Assembly: GCA_002269645.1 (NCBI GenBank)
Contig: NIVC01001867.1
Coordinates: 1-64,000 of the forward strand
Direction of reading: 5' to 3'
Source of the DNA: Macrostomum lignano
Lineage: Eukaryota
Length of the DNA stretch: 64,000 nt
The notes below the pieces were generated by a model that did not search any database, had not been told where the DNA came from, and saw only the letters and a list, made by a program, of their open reading frames with translations. Positions 47,873-59,168 of this stretch are shown here, piece by piece (within the stretch, counting starts at the first letter, position 1; the number at the start of each line of letters is the position of its first letter). A program made the translations under genes and the position numbers.

Positions 47873-49057
47873 GCCTGCCTGTTTTAGATTGTCATCAAAT
47901 GCTTCGATTCGGTAATGCTGCAATATTCGTGTTTAAGGCATCCAGCCCACCCCGCCCGCAGGCACTACCCCAGGCTGGGCGCCTCCGTCGAGGCGTCGCT
48001 TGTCTCAGTCGGCGGCGCCGCCGAGTCTCCGGGTTCGCCGCAGTGTCGGCGTCGTTCCACAGTGGCGCTGAGCCTCTCTGTGCACCGCCTGTTGCGGCCC
48101 GGCCGAGTCCTGCCCGGGCCCCGCAAATTACTGCTGGACGCCGCGCTTGTCCAGGACGCCTCGGACAGCTCGGCCGAGCCGCCGGTGCCAGGGCCGCACG
48201 AGCTCGTCAAGTCCGTGCAGCTCCTGTTTGGCAACTCGATCTTGTGCGCCCGCATGCTGCCCGCCCCCAGCCCTGACGGCTCCGCCTGCGCCTTCGTCAT
48301 GCCCGACTGGATTGCCTCCCCGGCGCCCGCCGCCGGTGCCCCCAGCATCCGCGTGGAGTTCCGGCCGCGTCTGGTGGCCAAGCCCAGCCACTGCAGCCTG
48401 CCGCTGCCCGGCCTGTGGGTCAAGCACTGGGGCGGCATCGAGAAGCTCGTGCAGCTCAGCCTCGCCGACTGTCCCGCCGCCTCGCCCGCTGTCTCCAACG
48501 GCTATTACCACGAGGAGGCCGTCAGCGGGCTCGCCCTTGAAGCTTCGGCGTCGCCGTCCATCACGGCCACCATCGAGTCGCTGTCGGGCATCTCCCTGCT
48601 GTCGGAGCAGCAGCGGCTGCACCCCGCCCTGGAGCCGGAGCGCCGCCCCACCTTCGCCCAGATCGTCCAGCGCACCGCGTCCACTTCTGACCCGGTCCAA
48701 TCGCCCACGGACTCCTGGATCTCCGCCAACTCTTCGTCGACGGCTTCGTCGTCAAACGCCCTGGCGGCGGCCGCCGCTGCAGCTGCAGCTGCCGGATGCG
48801 TGGGCGGTTTTCGACGCAGCACCAGCGACCATCCGGTGGCGACGGCGGCGACTTATAGCGGCGTCGGCGGCGGCAGTTTCGTGCGCGGCCACTCGGCGAG
48901 AAAATCCGTGCCCCAGGCCGGCAGCGGCGGGCGGAACGGCGCCTCCAGGCTGCACCCGCACGGCCGCTACCCGGCGCACCGGCGCGGCCCCGGCCACCCT
49001 CAGCATCGCGGCGGCGGCAGAGGCGGCGGAAGTGCAGCCTGGGGGCAGCAGAGGTAG
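44574..49057 (+). CDS. MAP3K20: ZAK-alpha-like mixed-lineage MAP3K (kinase, coiled coil/LZ, SAM, ZAK-type C-terminal domain), ~767 aa
   Basis: Exons 44574-44956, 45667-45916, 47063-47637 and 47962-49057 with consistent phases. The N-terminus RQIQYADLQFHELLGAGSKGSVYRATW..VAVKKLL resembles ZAK. Motifs HRDLKSKN, DFG, GTPAWMAVE, CWSEDPTKRP; SAM domain (W...DLCHWL...Y...MLEHGVDGAAFMALT..DL..MGV..GHR); then HYPRL...LRPG...FVMPDW as in ZAK-alpha. Confidence 0.88.
45075..45482. repeat. ~28-29 bp minisatellite in ZAK intron 1 (GGGCCAGCCTCCCAGATCCTCAGTTGCT)
   Basis: Tandem units between the donor at 44957 and the acceptor at 45666. Confidence 0.9.
45965..46975. repeat. 30-bp minisatellite in ZAK intron 2 (GTTGCTAAGGCTGGGATTATCTGGGATCTT)
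   Basis: Tandem units; source of the IIWDLVAKAG pseudo-ORF. Confidence 0.95.
47648..47882. repeat. (GTCT)n microsatellite in ZAK intron 3
   Basis: Directly visible. Confidence 0.95.
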
Positions 49058-49104
49058 GGACTGGCAGCTTTGCCAGCTCGTGTCTCCCTATTTATGCAAA
49101 AATC

Positions 49105-49370
49105 TCACCCTGAGATTTTTTAAAAGATTCAAATATCGCTCGGATTTTTTAGTAATGCGAAATCTCACCCTGAGATTTGTTAGATGAAACCAATCTTACA
49201 GTGAGATTAGTTGATAGATACAAAATCTCATCCTGAGATTGATAGATAGTTGAAAAACCTCACCCTGAGATTAGTTAATAGATGCAGAATCCCACAATGA
49301 GATTAATTGATAGATGCAAAATCCCACAATGAGATTAGTTGATAGATGCGAAATCTCACCCTGAGATTGG
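49105..49370. repeat. Array of ~8 short palindromes (AATCTCA-CCC-TGAGATT) at ~30-50 bp spacing downstream of the ZAK stop
   Basis: Copies at ~49110, 49160, 49192, 49223, 49257, 49289, 49321 and 49351, with 7-bp arms around a 3-nt loop; some copies degenerate. Confidence 0.8.
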
Positions 49371-50111
49371 TTGTATACTGTATTGTGTAAATCTCAGCTA
49401 TGGGATAAATACTAAAATTATATAATCAACATTGCAAGCAAATTGCCTTGCGTTCTGCTCCAGTTGAAATTTTATTACTATTTTCTGTTCAGCGGGCAGA
49501 CTGCGTATTTTATAGCTCATATTCTCTTAGACTACTGTTAGTACCGTGATAATGAATTTGAAATATGTTAATGCTGTGCTTTTGTGAAACAAAAAATACT
49601 GTATTTTTAATCAAAATTGTGATTTCAAAAAAGAATTCTGACTTTCTTTTAAATTAATGTTTGTAATATTTCACACCGTTCCGCATGCATTTCCATGGCT
49701 TAAGATTGAATCAAAGTTTTTCATACTTTCCGTCTGTTTTTGTAGTTACTGGAATTATAGCTTATATACATATTAGTCATGGACTGTTCGCGCCACTGGA
49801 CTGGAAGCTGAAGTTCAGTGCGCTGAAATATATCAAGTATAGTCTCCGGTCTTATGGCTCCCGCTCAATCACAATTACAGTAATCTTCTGTACAAGTCTT
49901 GAATGGTGTTAAGAATCGCTAAAGGGTCATTGCAAACAACTTACTGGTGACTCTGGCGACTGTTGAGTCGCGAGCGCATCACGAGAGTTGCAGAATCGTA
50001 AAAAGTCGTCTTAAGAGTCTTTAAGTTAGCGCTTAACTTTCTACTAACTCAAGTAGACTAAATAGAGGTGTTATACATACGAAATACGACTCTAATTCGT
50101 AAAGTGTCGCA

Positions 50112-50420
50112 GAGGGTTCGCATCCTCAGCTTTGCTCTGATTGGCTGAGGCAGGGTTCGCATCCTCTTCAGCTTTGCTCTAATTGGCTGAGGCAGGGTTC
50201 GCATCCTCAGCTTTGCTCTGATTGGCTGAGGCAGGGTTTGCATCCTTAGCTTTGCTCTGATTCGCTGAGGCAGGGTTCGCATCCTCAGCTTTGTTCTGAT
50301 TGGCTGAGGCAGGGTTCGCATCCTCAGCTTTGCTCTGATTGGCTGAGGCAGGGTTCGCATCCTCAGCTTTGTTCTGATTGGCTAAGACAGGGTTTGCATC
50401 TTTAGCTTTGCTCTGATTGT
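50112..50420. repeat. 39-bp tandem repeat (CAGGGTTCGCATCCTCAGCTTTGCTCTGATTGGCTGAGG), ~8 copies
   Basis: Direct units, each containing a CCTCAGC...GCTGAGG inverted repeat and an ATTGG. Confidence 0.9.
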
Positions 50421-50916
50421 TAATTTCAGGAGTCCATGATCTGCTTTTGTTGTCTTTGTCCCAGCTCTGTTTTACCAGCCATGCGCAGACTATTTTTAAC
50501 TATTACTGCTGCTCAGGTGTTGCCATGCCATGTGCCATCTCATCGTACACAGCAGTGTTCAGATCTGCTTTCATGCCTTGCATTTGCCTGTGTTGATGAC
50601 GCTTTTGCCTTTGCTAGTACATTCTGTGCTTACAACTGGGTGGAATCTTTTTCAAATTTTGATGCAAGATTTGACTTTCGACTGACTTATTTTAAAATTA
50701 CTGAGTGACAAACTGATTTGATGGGTTTTACTTCAATAAACTCGATTGACTTGGCTAGCGTCACGTGCCAGCCAATGTAATCAATTTTAAACTCTTCTCT
50801 GCGCTACAAATTCTGTTTGTCAGCCAGAATCCATCAACAGATTATTATTTTTCGGCTGGAGTCTCTGATTCATGCCGACTTACCGACTCCAGTTCTTTGC
50901 ATCTCTGCTCTCCTCC

Positions 50917-51730
50917 CCGACATTCCCCATCGTTACATTCCCCACTCTGACATTCCCCATCCTTATATTCCCCATCGTTACATTCCCCACCCTGACATTC
51001 CCCATCCTTACATTCCCCACCCTGAAATTCCCATCCTTACATTCCCCACCCTGACATTCCCAACCCTGACATTCCCCATCCTTACATTCCCCACCCTGAC
51101 ATTCCCCATCCTTACATTACCCACCCTGATATTCCCCATCGTTACATTCCCCACCCTGATATTCCCCATCGTTACATTCCCCACTCTGACATTCCCCATC
51201 CTTACATTCCCCACCCTGACATTACCCTGACATTCCCCGCCCTGACATTACCCTGACATTCCCCACCCTGACATTCCCCATCCTTTCATTCCCCACCCTG
51301 ACATTCCCCATCCTTACATTACCCACCCTGATATTCCCCATCGTTACATTCCCCACTCTGACATTACCCATCGTTACATTCCCCACCCTGAAATTCCCCA
51401 TCCTTACATTCCCCACCCTGACATTCCCCATCCTTACATTCCCCACTCTGACATTCCCCATCCTTACATTCCCCACCCTGACATTACCCTGACATTCCCC
51501 GCCCTGACATTACCCTGACATTCCCCACCCTGACATTCCCCATCCTTACATTCCCCACCCTGACATTCCCCATCCTTACATTACCCACCCTGATATTCCC
51601 CATCGTTACATTCCCCACTCTGACATTACCCATCGTTACATTCCCCACCCTGAAATTCCCCATCCTTACATTCCCCACCCTGACATTCCCCATCCTTACA
51701 TTCCCACCCTGACATTCCCCGCCCTGACAT
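50917..51730. repeat. 30-bp minisatellite built from 15-bp subunits (CCTGACATTCCCCATCCTTACATTCCCCAC)
   Basis: Direct tandem units with an internal duplicated block. Confidence 0.93.
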
Positions 51731-52119
51731 GTCCCATTGCCTTACAGTGCCGCATCTGCTGTGATATGCTTAAAAAATTCAATTTTGCAAGAATGGCAGA
51801 AGCACTCGAGTAAAAGAGGAAGCCGAAAGTGGCTGAAGCGGCTCAAATCCTCTGCTGCTTTCAAACAAATGAAATCTTTCAGAGCCAGAAATTTGATTCA
51901 AATTTGTGTTGATACCTTTGTTATCCTAGATACAGCTTAGCAACTAGTTCGCATAAATTTGGGAACAAGGATGGGATTCTGGAATCCCGCTTTGATAGCT
52001 CTTGCATTTTAAGTCATCAACCGTCTGCTCTGCCTGCTGGGCGCCCTGTGCTTTGCTGGGGCCACCTGCCCTGCCGCCTCTGCGACCATCAGGTGAGTCC
52101 CTGACGTTTTTTTTGAGTC

Positions 52120-52155
52120 CATCTATCTGTCTTATCTATCTATCTGTCTGTCTAT

Positions 52156-52187
<32 letters not shown>

Positions 52188-52193
52188 ATATCC

Positions 52194-52227
<34 letters not shown>

Positions 52228-52284
52228 ATATCCATCTATCTATCTATATATCCATCTATCTATCTATATATCTATCTATCTATA

Positions 52285-52323
<39 letters not shown>

Positions 52324-52351
52324 ATATTTATCTATCTATCTATCTATCTAC

Positions 52352-52391
<40 letters not shown>

Positions 52392-52410
52392 ATATCCACA
52401 TATCTATCTA
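52120..52410. repeat. (TATC)n microsatellite, intronic in the FReD gene
   Basis: Directly visible. Confidence 0.95.
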
Positions 52411-52796
52411 TACCGCTCTCATGCAAATCTCAGACGGTCCGACTTATTTCGAGCTGCTGCTGCAGCCTTCGGACAGCTGTCCAGACCGTCAGCGCGTCGG
52501 CCGCCTCCGCGGTGCACTGCTCCGCCCTCTGCCTGCTGCTGGGTGACGCCGACTGCCAGTCTTTCGCTTTCGCCAAGTCGCCGCCGGCCTCCCCGCCTGC
52601 GGCCTCGCCCGGCGTCTTCGAGATGTCGCCGTTGGCGGGCTGCCGCATTCGGTCGGGGCTGCCCATCTTTCAACGGCCCGGCGCCGTCGACCCGACGGTC
52701 ACGGCTGCTGTTGGTGAGCTGCAGTTCGGACTGGGGCCTCCTGGCAACGCATATGGCCACTTTCGAATCAGTTTGGCTTTTGACTTAATCCAGCTC

Positions 52797-53030
52797 TCCC
52801 TGACCCACCTCTGACCCACCTCCGACCCAATCCAGCTCCCTGACCCACCTCCGACCCAATCCAGCTCCCTGACCCACCTCCGACCCAATCCAGCTCCCTG
52901 ACCCACCTCCGACCCAATCCAGCTCCCTGACCCACAGCTCCGACCCAATCCAGCTCCCTGACCCACCTCCGACCCAATCCAGCTCCCTGACCCACCTCCG
53001 ACCCAATCCAGCTCCCTGACTCACCTCCAA
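52797..53030. repeat. 29-bp minisatellite, intronic (CCCTGACCCACCTCCGACCCAATCCAGCT)
   Basis: Tandem units ending at the CCGCAG acceptor (53036). Confidence 0.93.
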
Positions 53031-53209
53031 CCGCAGGCCCAACAGCCGGCAGCTGTCCCTCCCAGTGCCACGTGTGCTACGGCAGCGAGACCTACCTTCT
53101 GCTCATGAAGGCCCAGAATGACGACGTGGGCTTTGCCAGGCCCTGGGCCGAGTATGAGGCTGGCTTCGGGAGCTGCACCACCGACTACTGGATGGGTGAG
53201 TGACCAGGC

Positions 53210-53940
53210 TGTGGAGTGCTCAGTCAGGATCAGGGGAGTGCTCGGACAGGAACAGTGGAATGCTCGGACAGGATCAGGGAGTGCTCAGACAGGAACAAGT
53301 GGAATGCTCGGACAGGATCAGGGAGTGCTCAGACAGGAACAGTGGAGTACTCGGACAGGATCAGGGAGTGCTCGGACAGGATCAGTGGAGTGCTCGGACA
53401 GAAACAGTGGAGTGCTCAGACAGGAACAGTGGAGTGCTCGAACAAAAGCAGGAAGTGCTCGGACAGGAACAGTGGAGTGCTCGGACAGGAACAGTGGAGT
53501 GCTCGGACAGGAACAGTGGAGTGCTCGGACAGGAACAGTGGAGTGCTCGGACAGGAACAGTGGAGTGCTCGGACAAAAGCAGGGAGTGCTCAGACAGGAA
53601 CAGTGGAGTGCTCGGACAGGAACAGTGGAGTGCTCGGACAGGAACAGTGGAATGCTCAGACAGGATCAGGGAGTGCTCAGACAGGAACAGTGGAGTGCTC
53701 AGACAGGATCAGGAGTTCTCGGACAGGAACAGGGGAGTGCTCGGACAAAAGCAGTGGAGTGCTCAGACAGGATCAGGGAGTGCTCAGACAGGATCAGTGG
53801 AGTGCTCGGACAGGATCAGGGAGTGCTCGGACAGGAACAGTGGAGTGCTCGGACAGGAACAGGGAGTGCTCGGACAGGATCAGGGAGTGCTCGGACAGGA
53901 TCAGGGAGTGCTCGGACAGGATCAGGGAGTGCTCGGACAA
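53210..53940. repeat. 19-20 bp minisatellite, intronic (GGAGTGCTCGGACAGGAACAGT)
   Basis: Tandem units between the donor at 53196 and the acceptor at 53967. Confidence 0.93.
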
Positions 53941-55049
53941 GCCAAATCCAGTTTCCCCACCCGGCAGGCTTGGCACGCATGCACAGCCTCACGGCGGGGG
54001 GCAGCCGCATCCTCCGCTTCGAGGCCGAGTCCTACGGAGGCGACCACATAGCGGTGGTGTAAGACGGCTTCACGATGGGCCCGGCCAGCACCAACTACGC
54101 CCTGGGCCTGGGCGCCCTGCTCAGTAGAAACTACTCGGACACCAGGTGAACTAAAGTATTTTTCTTCTACTGTTTATCCCCTTGTACATTGAAGCTCTTT
54201 CAGATGGCTGGATGCAAAGTCTTTAACAGATCGAACACTCCTCAGGGACCTGTTCATCTACCACAACGGCGCCCAGTTCTCAACCTACGACCGATCGAAC
54301 GAGTGCACCTGCAGCCCCAAGCCCGACTGCTGCTTAAACCTGGGGAGCTGCTCCAACCGCAACGGCAACGTTGGCTGGCGGTTCACCAACTGCTACAGTG
54401 TTCCTGACCGGCTTCCCGGACTCTTCTTATCTTGTTGGCACCAGCCTCACCACCACCCGGATGATGGTACTCGTGTGAGCCTGGCGACCAAGCGAAGTTT
54501 GAGATTTTTTAACAACACCTGATACCAAAACTTTACTCTCACCTATCTTAAACACCTTTCGAAGTTCGAGGCTATACAGCTCGATCAGATTTACACGTTT
54601 TTTAGCCTGAATATCGTGACAAACTTCGGTTATTGTAGAGCTCATAAAATATGTCAAAAAGTTAAAACTACCGAGTAGTTCTGGATCAAACACCCCGGTG
54701 TTTCTGAGCACTTTTTCACGCAAAAAATGACAGCACAGTGCAAGAACTGTTCGCTTGTGTCCCAATTTCTGACGCAAAATGAAACCGATGGATTCTCAGT
54801 GAGGAGCATCAGCAATGGCTGTAGGGCATCACGGATGCTGAGTAAAGGAGGATAAAATTTGGCGGATAAAAGTCTCCATCTGGGGAGAAAATTGTCGTTG
54901 GCGGACAAAAACACAGCAATCAAGTCACAAGGGAGTAAAAAATATGCAAAAAATTTTCCACATTCAATCGAAAGAATTCAATGCAATTTAATTGAAATTG
55001 CAGTAGTTCAGATTGAGTGACAATTTTTGCAGCTGCTTGCTAAGCTGGC

Positions 55050-55140
<91 letters not shown>
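55050..55140. repeat. (GACA)n microsatellite just 3' of the CUTC stop
   Basis: Directly visible. Confidence 0.95.
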
Positions 55141-55199
55141 GGCGGGCAGTTGATTGGAGATGGCAGCCCGAGCCATCGGGGACTTCAGGCGGTCGCCGC

Positions 55200-57503
55200 C
55201 TACCGGGAGGCGAAAAATTGCTGAGCGACAGCCCGCAGCTCGGCCGCGACCCCGGCGTCCGTCACCCGCAGCAGCCGCCAGTCGTCCTCGGGGAGGCCGC
55301 TCGGTCCGAAGCCGACGCTAGGATGCTGGAAGGCACCCTCCGGTGGCGCCGGCGCTGGCGCGCTGGCCGAGGCGTGGAAGGCGCGGGCGCCGGTGTCGCG
55401 CAGGAGACCGGCCAGGTTGGCGCGGGTGACTCCGGCGCCCACCATGAGCTGGACGCGGCCGCCAGCGGCGCCGAGAATGGCGCCAATTTGGCGCAGACAA
55501 TCGACTCCGGCTGGGGCGGATTTGGCGCCACCGCTGGACAGCAGGCGGGTGAAAACGGCGGGCAGGCGGTCGCGAATGTCAGCCGCGGCTTCCAGCGGGT
55601 CGCGAGAGGCGTCCACGGCGCGGTGGAAGGTGAAGGCGAGGCCTGGAGCGCGGGCTACCGGGAGAGGTCACGGGAGTTGAGACTGGGATTAATGAGTGAT
55701 CAAGCTGGTATTAAACATTGGTCAAAGTCGGATCAAACTGGGATCAGGCTGGGATCAAACTGGGATCAAGCTGGGATCAAGCTGGGATCAAGTTGGGATC
55801 AGCCTTGGATCAAGCTGGGATCAGACTGGGATCAAACTAGGATTAGGCTGGGATCAAACTGGGATCATGCTGGGATCAAACTGGGATCAAACTGGGATCA
55901 GGCTGGATAAAACTAGGATCAAAATTTGGTCAAACTGGGATCAAGTTGAGATCAGCCTTGGATCAACCTACGCTCAACCAGGGATCGAACTGGGATAAAA
56001 GTGGGATCAAACTGGAAAGGAATGAAACTGGGATATCCGGGTCACTGTCAAGCTCTGAGCACCCTTCCATACCGCAAACGGCCGCGCAGGCGTCAACGTC
56101 AACTCGACCCTCCAGGGTCAGCGCTCCGAAGACCAGGCCATCCGCGCCAGCTCTGGCAAAGTGCGCGGCGTCGATGCCCGCCACTTCCAACTCTGCGGCT
56201 GAATAGACAAAGTGGCCAGGCCGCGGCCGCAGCATGGGGAAGACTGGGATCTGGACAGCTTTGCGCACCGATTCAAACAGGCCATGCGAGGGTGTCAGGC
56301 CACCCAGCACCAGGGCTGAGCACAGCTCGATGCGGTCTGCGCCACCAGCCTCTGCCGCGATGGCACCATCCAGACTATCAACACAGACCTCGAATTCAAA
56401 GGCTGTTGAAGGATCCTGCAATTATCGTTGCACAGGACTCCATATTTTCAAACAAATTTTATAGCTTGTAGACTGAAATTTTCTGAACTTTATTAAATAG
56501 TGCAATTAACCACTGGGGTTCTTAAAAAAGAATGAATTTCAGCATTGAGATCTTTAAGTATTACTAAGTAATTGTCAAAGAGTATTGTTAAGCTTTTTTT
56601 CAGACTAATCTTAATAAAAAAATCACTTTGTCTATGAGCATTTTCATTAAAAACAATGAAATCAACCCACACTAATTGGTAAATTAGTAATAAAAAGTCA
56701 TTAGTCAAAGTAACTAAGTTATATATATATTAATAAATGTTTTAGTAAATTTGTATTAACTTAGTTTTTTTTACTTTTGTATTCTAAAATTAAAAAAGAA
56801 TCAAAGCTTAGATTATTTGAAAACATGTAGTAGAGAAGGGCAATTATTTGAAGAATTGCTAATCTAAAATCTAGAGTCAGCTAGAAGTATATAGTATGCA
56901 TATATTACAAACAGTGATGCAGATAATTTAATTTGGGGGGGGGCATTAAGTACCTAGATGGGGTTTTTGATAAGCAGAAAATTTTTCTCTTGCAGGGGTA
57001 TGGGAGGATTTCACCATGCAGAATTTTAATGGGGTGGGGTAACTTTTACTACAGAATTTCGGGGACAGGCCTGCTATAGCCACCGTAACTGTGCCACTGA
57101 TTAAAAATGAAACCTTTACAGCTTTAGTTTTATTTTGCTGCACTGCCGGAGGCACTGTCGGATCTATAGCCTTTAGAAAACGGGTTCCGGTGCTGGAACT
57201 CTAGCAATTGCCTTCATGATAACATCTAAATGAAATAATATTCAAAAATCATATATTCAAAGATTTGCTCATTTTTCATTCTGAACAGATAGTTTTTTAA
57301 CACATAGAAAATGCTAATTTATCAATAGATAGTACTTAGTCGCAAACTGTCATATTTACTATCGAACGCTGCAGAACATGCCAGTAATTTAAAACTATAG
57401 TGAGCGTAGTCTTGGAAAATAAGTATTTCATATTTTGAGCAATAAGAAAAGTATAACCAAAACAATAAAACTTACTAACTGTAGTAGGAGTTTTCTGGCT
57501 CAT
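55200..57503 (-). CDS. CUTC: Copper homeostasis protein CutC homolog, ~273 aa
   Basis: Exons 56415-56073 ([48 protein letters not shown]) and 55654-55200 (TFHRAVD, RLLSSGG, LMVGAGV, FHASAS). The inferred first exon 57503-57480 ([14 protein letters not shown] donor) fits phase 0. Confidence 0.88.
55735..56030. repeat. 11-bp minisatellite (CTGGGATCAAA/CTGGGATCAGG) in the CUTC intron
   Basis: Tandem imperfect units. Confidence 0.88.
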
Positions 57504-57700
57504 ATGCCACGGTCAGCAAGCCGACTGAAGTTAACGTGTGTATTAGTTACATAGTAGTTAGTTTTTTATGTCAAAGTGAGGAAACAGGTTTCAGACTTGC
57601 TGATCGTTTTGCTGGTGCATCTAACTCATTCCCTCCGAAGAGTCAACTGATTTGAGTCAGCGCCACAAAAAACTTTGATCTTATCCAAGTAAATTTTGGA

Positions 57701-57981
57701 CAGTGGCGTTGCCCGGGGGAACGGGGGGGGCGTGTTCCCACAGTAAAAGCAAGGACCACTGTATATAGTTATATGCAGTTGGTCCTTGAGTAAAAGCTAT
57801 ATGCCATGTCCCCCACCCCGTCAATGCAAATTAGGACACATTTTGGGAATCAATAAATTTGCTTCAGGGCACCAAAATATAGCGCCTTTGGCGCTAAAAT
57901 GAGTGTAAAATGATATGTATAAATTTAGTCATTTATAGTTCTTGTCTTTGTCTCCAACCAAAGAATTTATGGCGACGTCCT
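57701..57981. mobile_element. Non-autonomous DNA element with imperfect TIRs (CAGTGGCGTTGCC ... GGCGACGTCCTG)
   Basis: Similar inverted termini; no clear TSD; hosts the 39-bp insertion below. Confidence 0.4.
57750..57788. mobile_element. 39-bp hairpin micro-element with 8-bp TSD (hAT-type signature)
   Basis: AGTAAAAG | CAAGGACCA-CTGTATATAGTTATATGCAGT-TGGTCCTTG | AGTAAAAG. The CAAGGACC(A/G)C(T)TGTA motif recurs at 376 and 498. Confidence 0.75.
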
Positions 57982-59168
57982 GTTGATTTATAATAATATA
58001 CTAGCCGAGGTATATTAGCCGAGAAAACTGTCTGATAGTATCAAATACAATAACTTTACTCAATAATTTTATAGTAACATAAAACCATTCAATTAGTTTA
58101 ATTGTTACTATGTTGCTTAAACCTTCCAGAGTAATCAAAGTATTTGTTTATCTGATTCAACGTAATAGTTTCTCACGAAAACATTCCTAGGGTCTGAAAT
58201 TTGACTTTTTGTTACGACATCAAATTCTAAAACTTGAAAAAAACACGTAATTTCCATGACTACAGCTTTAATGTAGAATGACCAGATTAGATTGCTTTGC
58301 ATTTTATATGTCGTGGCTATAGACTTTTGTTTTGTACTGTTTTGGATATAATTTAACTTTTTTTCACTCAGGGAAATTCAATAAAATCAAAATGTATATT
58401 CCATTAAGAATTCTTCTCCCAAAATATATTCGACATCCATTCTTTACGATTGAAGTGATTTTCATAAAAAAAATAATAATAGATAGCTAAACTCTAGGTT
58501 TATCAAAATCTAGACTTTAAAATTTACTTTAGTTAAAAATGATCCATTATATTTATATGATTATTTGCCATTTCTATTTGCATAATTTTGTCCTTGAAAT
58601 ATATAAATATGTATTCTATTGATATCTAGTATTAACTTGCAGTTTAGAAAAATTTCAATAAAGACTTATTAAAATTTCTAAAAAAATCAATTTCTAACAA
58701 TGATACTCATACAAATAAGTTAATGTTGTTAATGGACCTCAGCTTTATACTAAGTTATATGCTATGGCTTATAATGAAATATGATGCAGTGACAAGCTAT
58801 ATATCCATTGATTTTTTATATACTTTTTTATTAAAATAGCTTATGATGTATTAGAAATTGTCATTAGCTAATCCCTTATAAAATTACTTTGTCAAGGTAT
58901 CTCCATATTCAACTGTAATTTACAGCCTATCAAAGTATCATATTGGCCTCTTAGGACTTAAAAGCAAATTATATAGTGTTCTGTTTTGTAAAAAATTATT
59001 TGCAAATGGGTTCGCTATTGCTTACTTAAGTATATTTATTTCTACCTAATCTACATAATCTATTGTCTTACTTGTACTTTATATGGCCATTGAAATCAAA
59101 TATATACATCAGCAAGTTGGCGAAACCACTCGGTCAATTAACTAATCCAGCGCTCAGCCCAGCCCAGC

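Larger units (their letters stand above)
52014..54478 (+). pseudogene. Secreted PAN/apple plus fibrinogen-related domain (FReD) gene with an in-frame TAA and a frameshift
   Basis: Exons 52014-52092 (signal peptide LLCLLGALCFAGA), 52466-52713 (HCSALC...DCQSFAF), 53037-53195 (F.RPW.EY..GFG...DYWMG), 53968-54145 (LARMHSLT...; TAA at 54060-54062 where FReDs have Tyr) and 54246-54478 (YHNGAQFSTYD, GWR, a frameshift at ~54400, then SLTTTRMMV*). The ATG exon was not located. Confidence 0.8.

Noticed and set aside
49105-49370. CRISPR-like palindromic repeat array
   Set aside because: Eukaryotic context, degenerate repeats, linkers short and similar to each other, no cas genes.
54060-54062. TAA read as Tyr (as in the alternative flatworm mitochondrial code)
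   Set aside because: This is a nuclear spliced gene, FKBP11 in the same window ends in TAA, and the gene has an independent frameshift. A nonsense mutation or sequence error is simpler.
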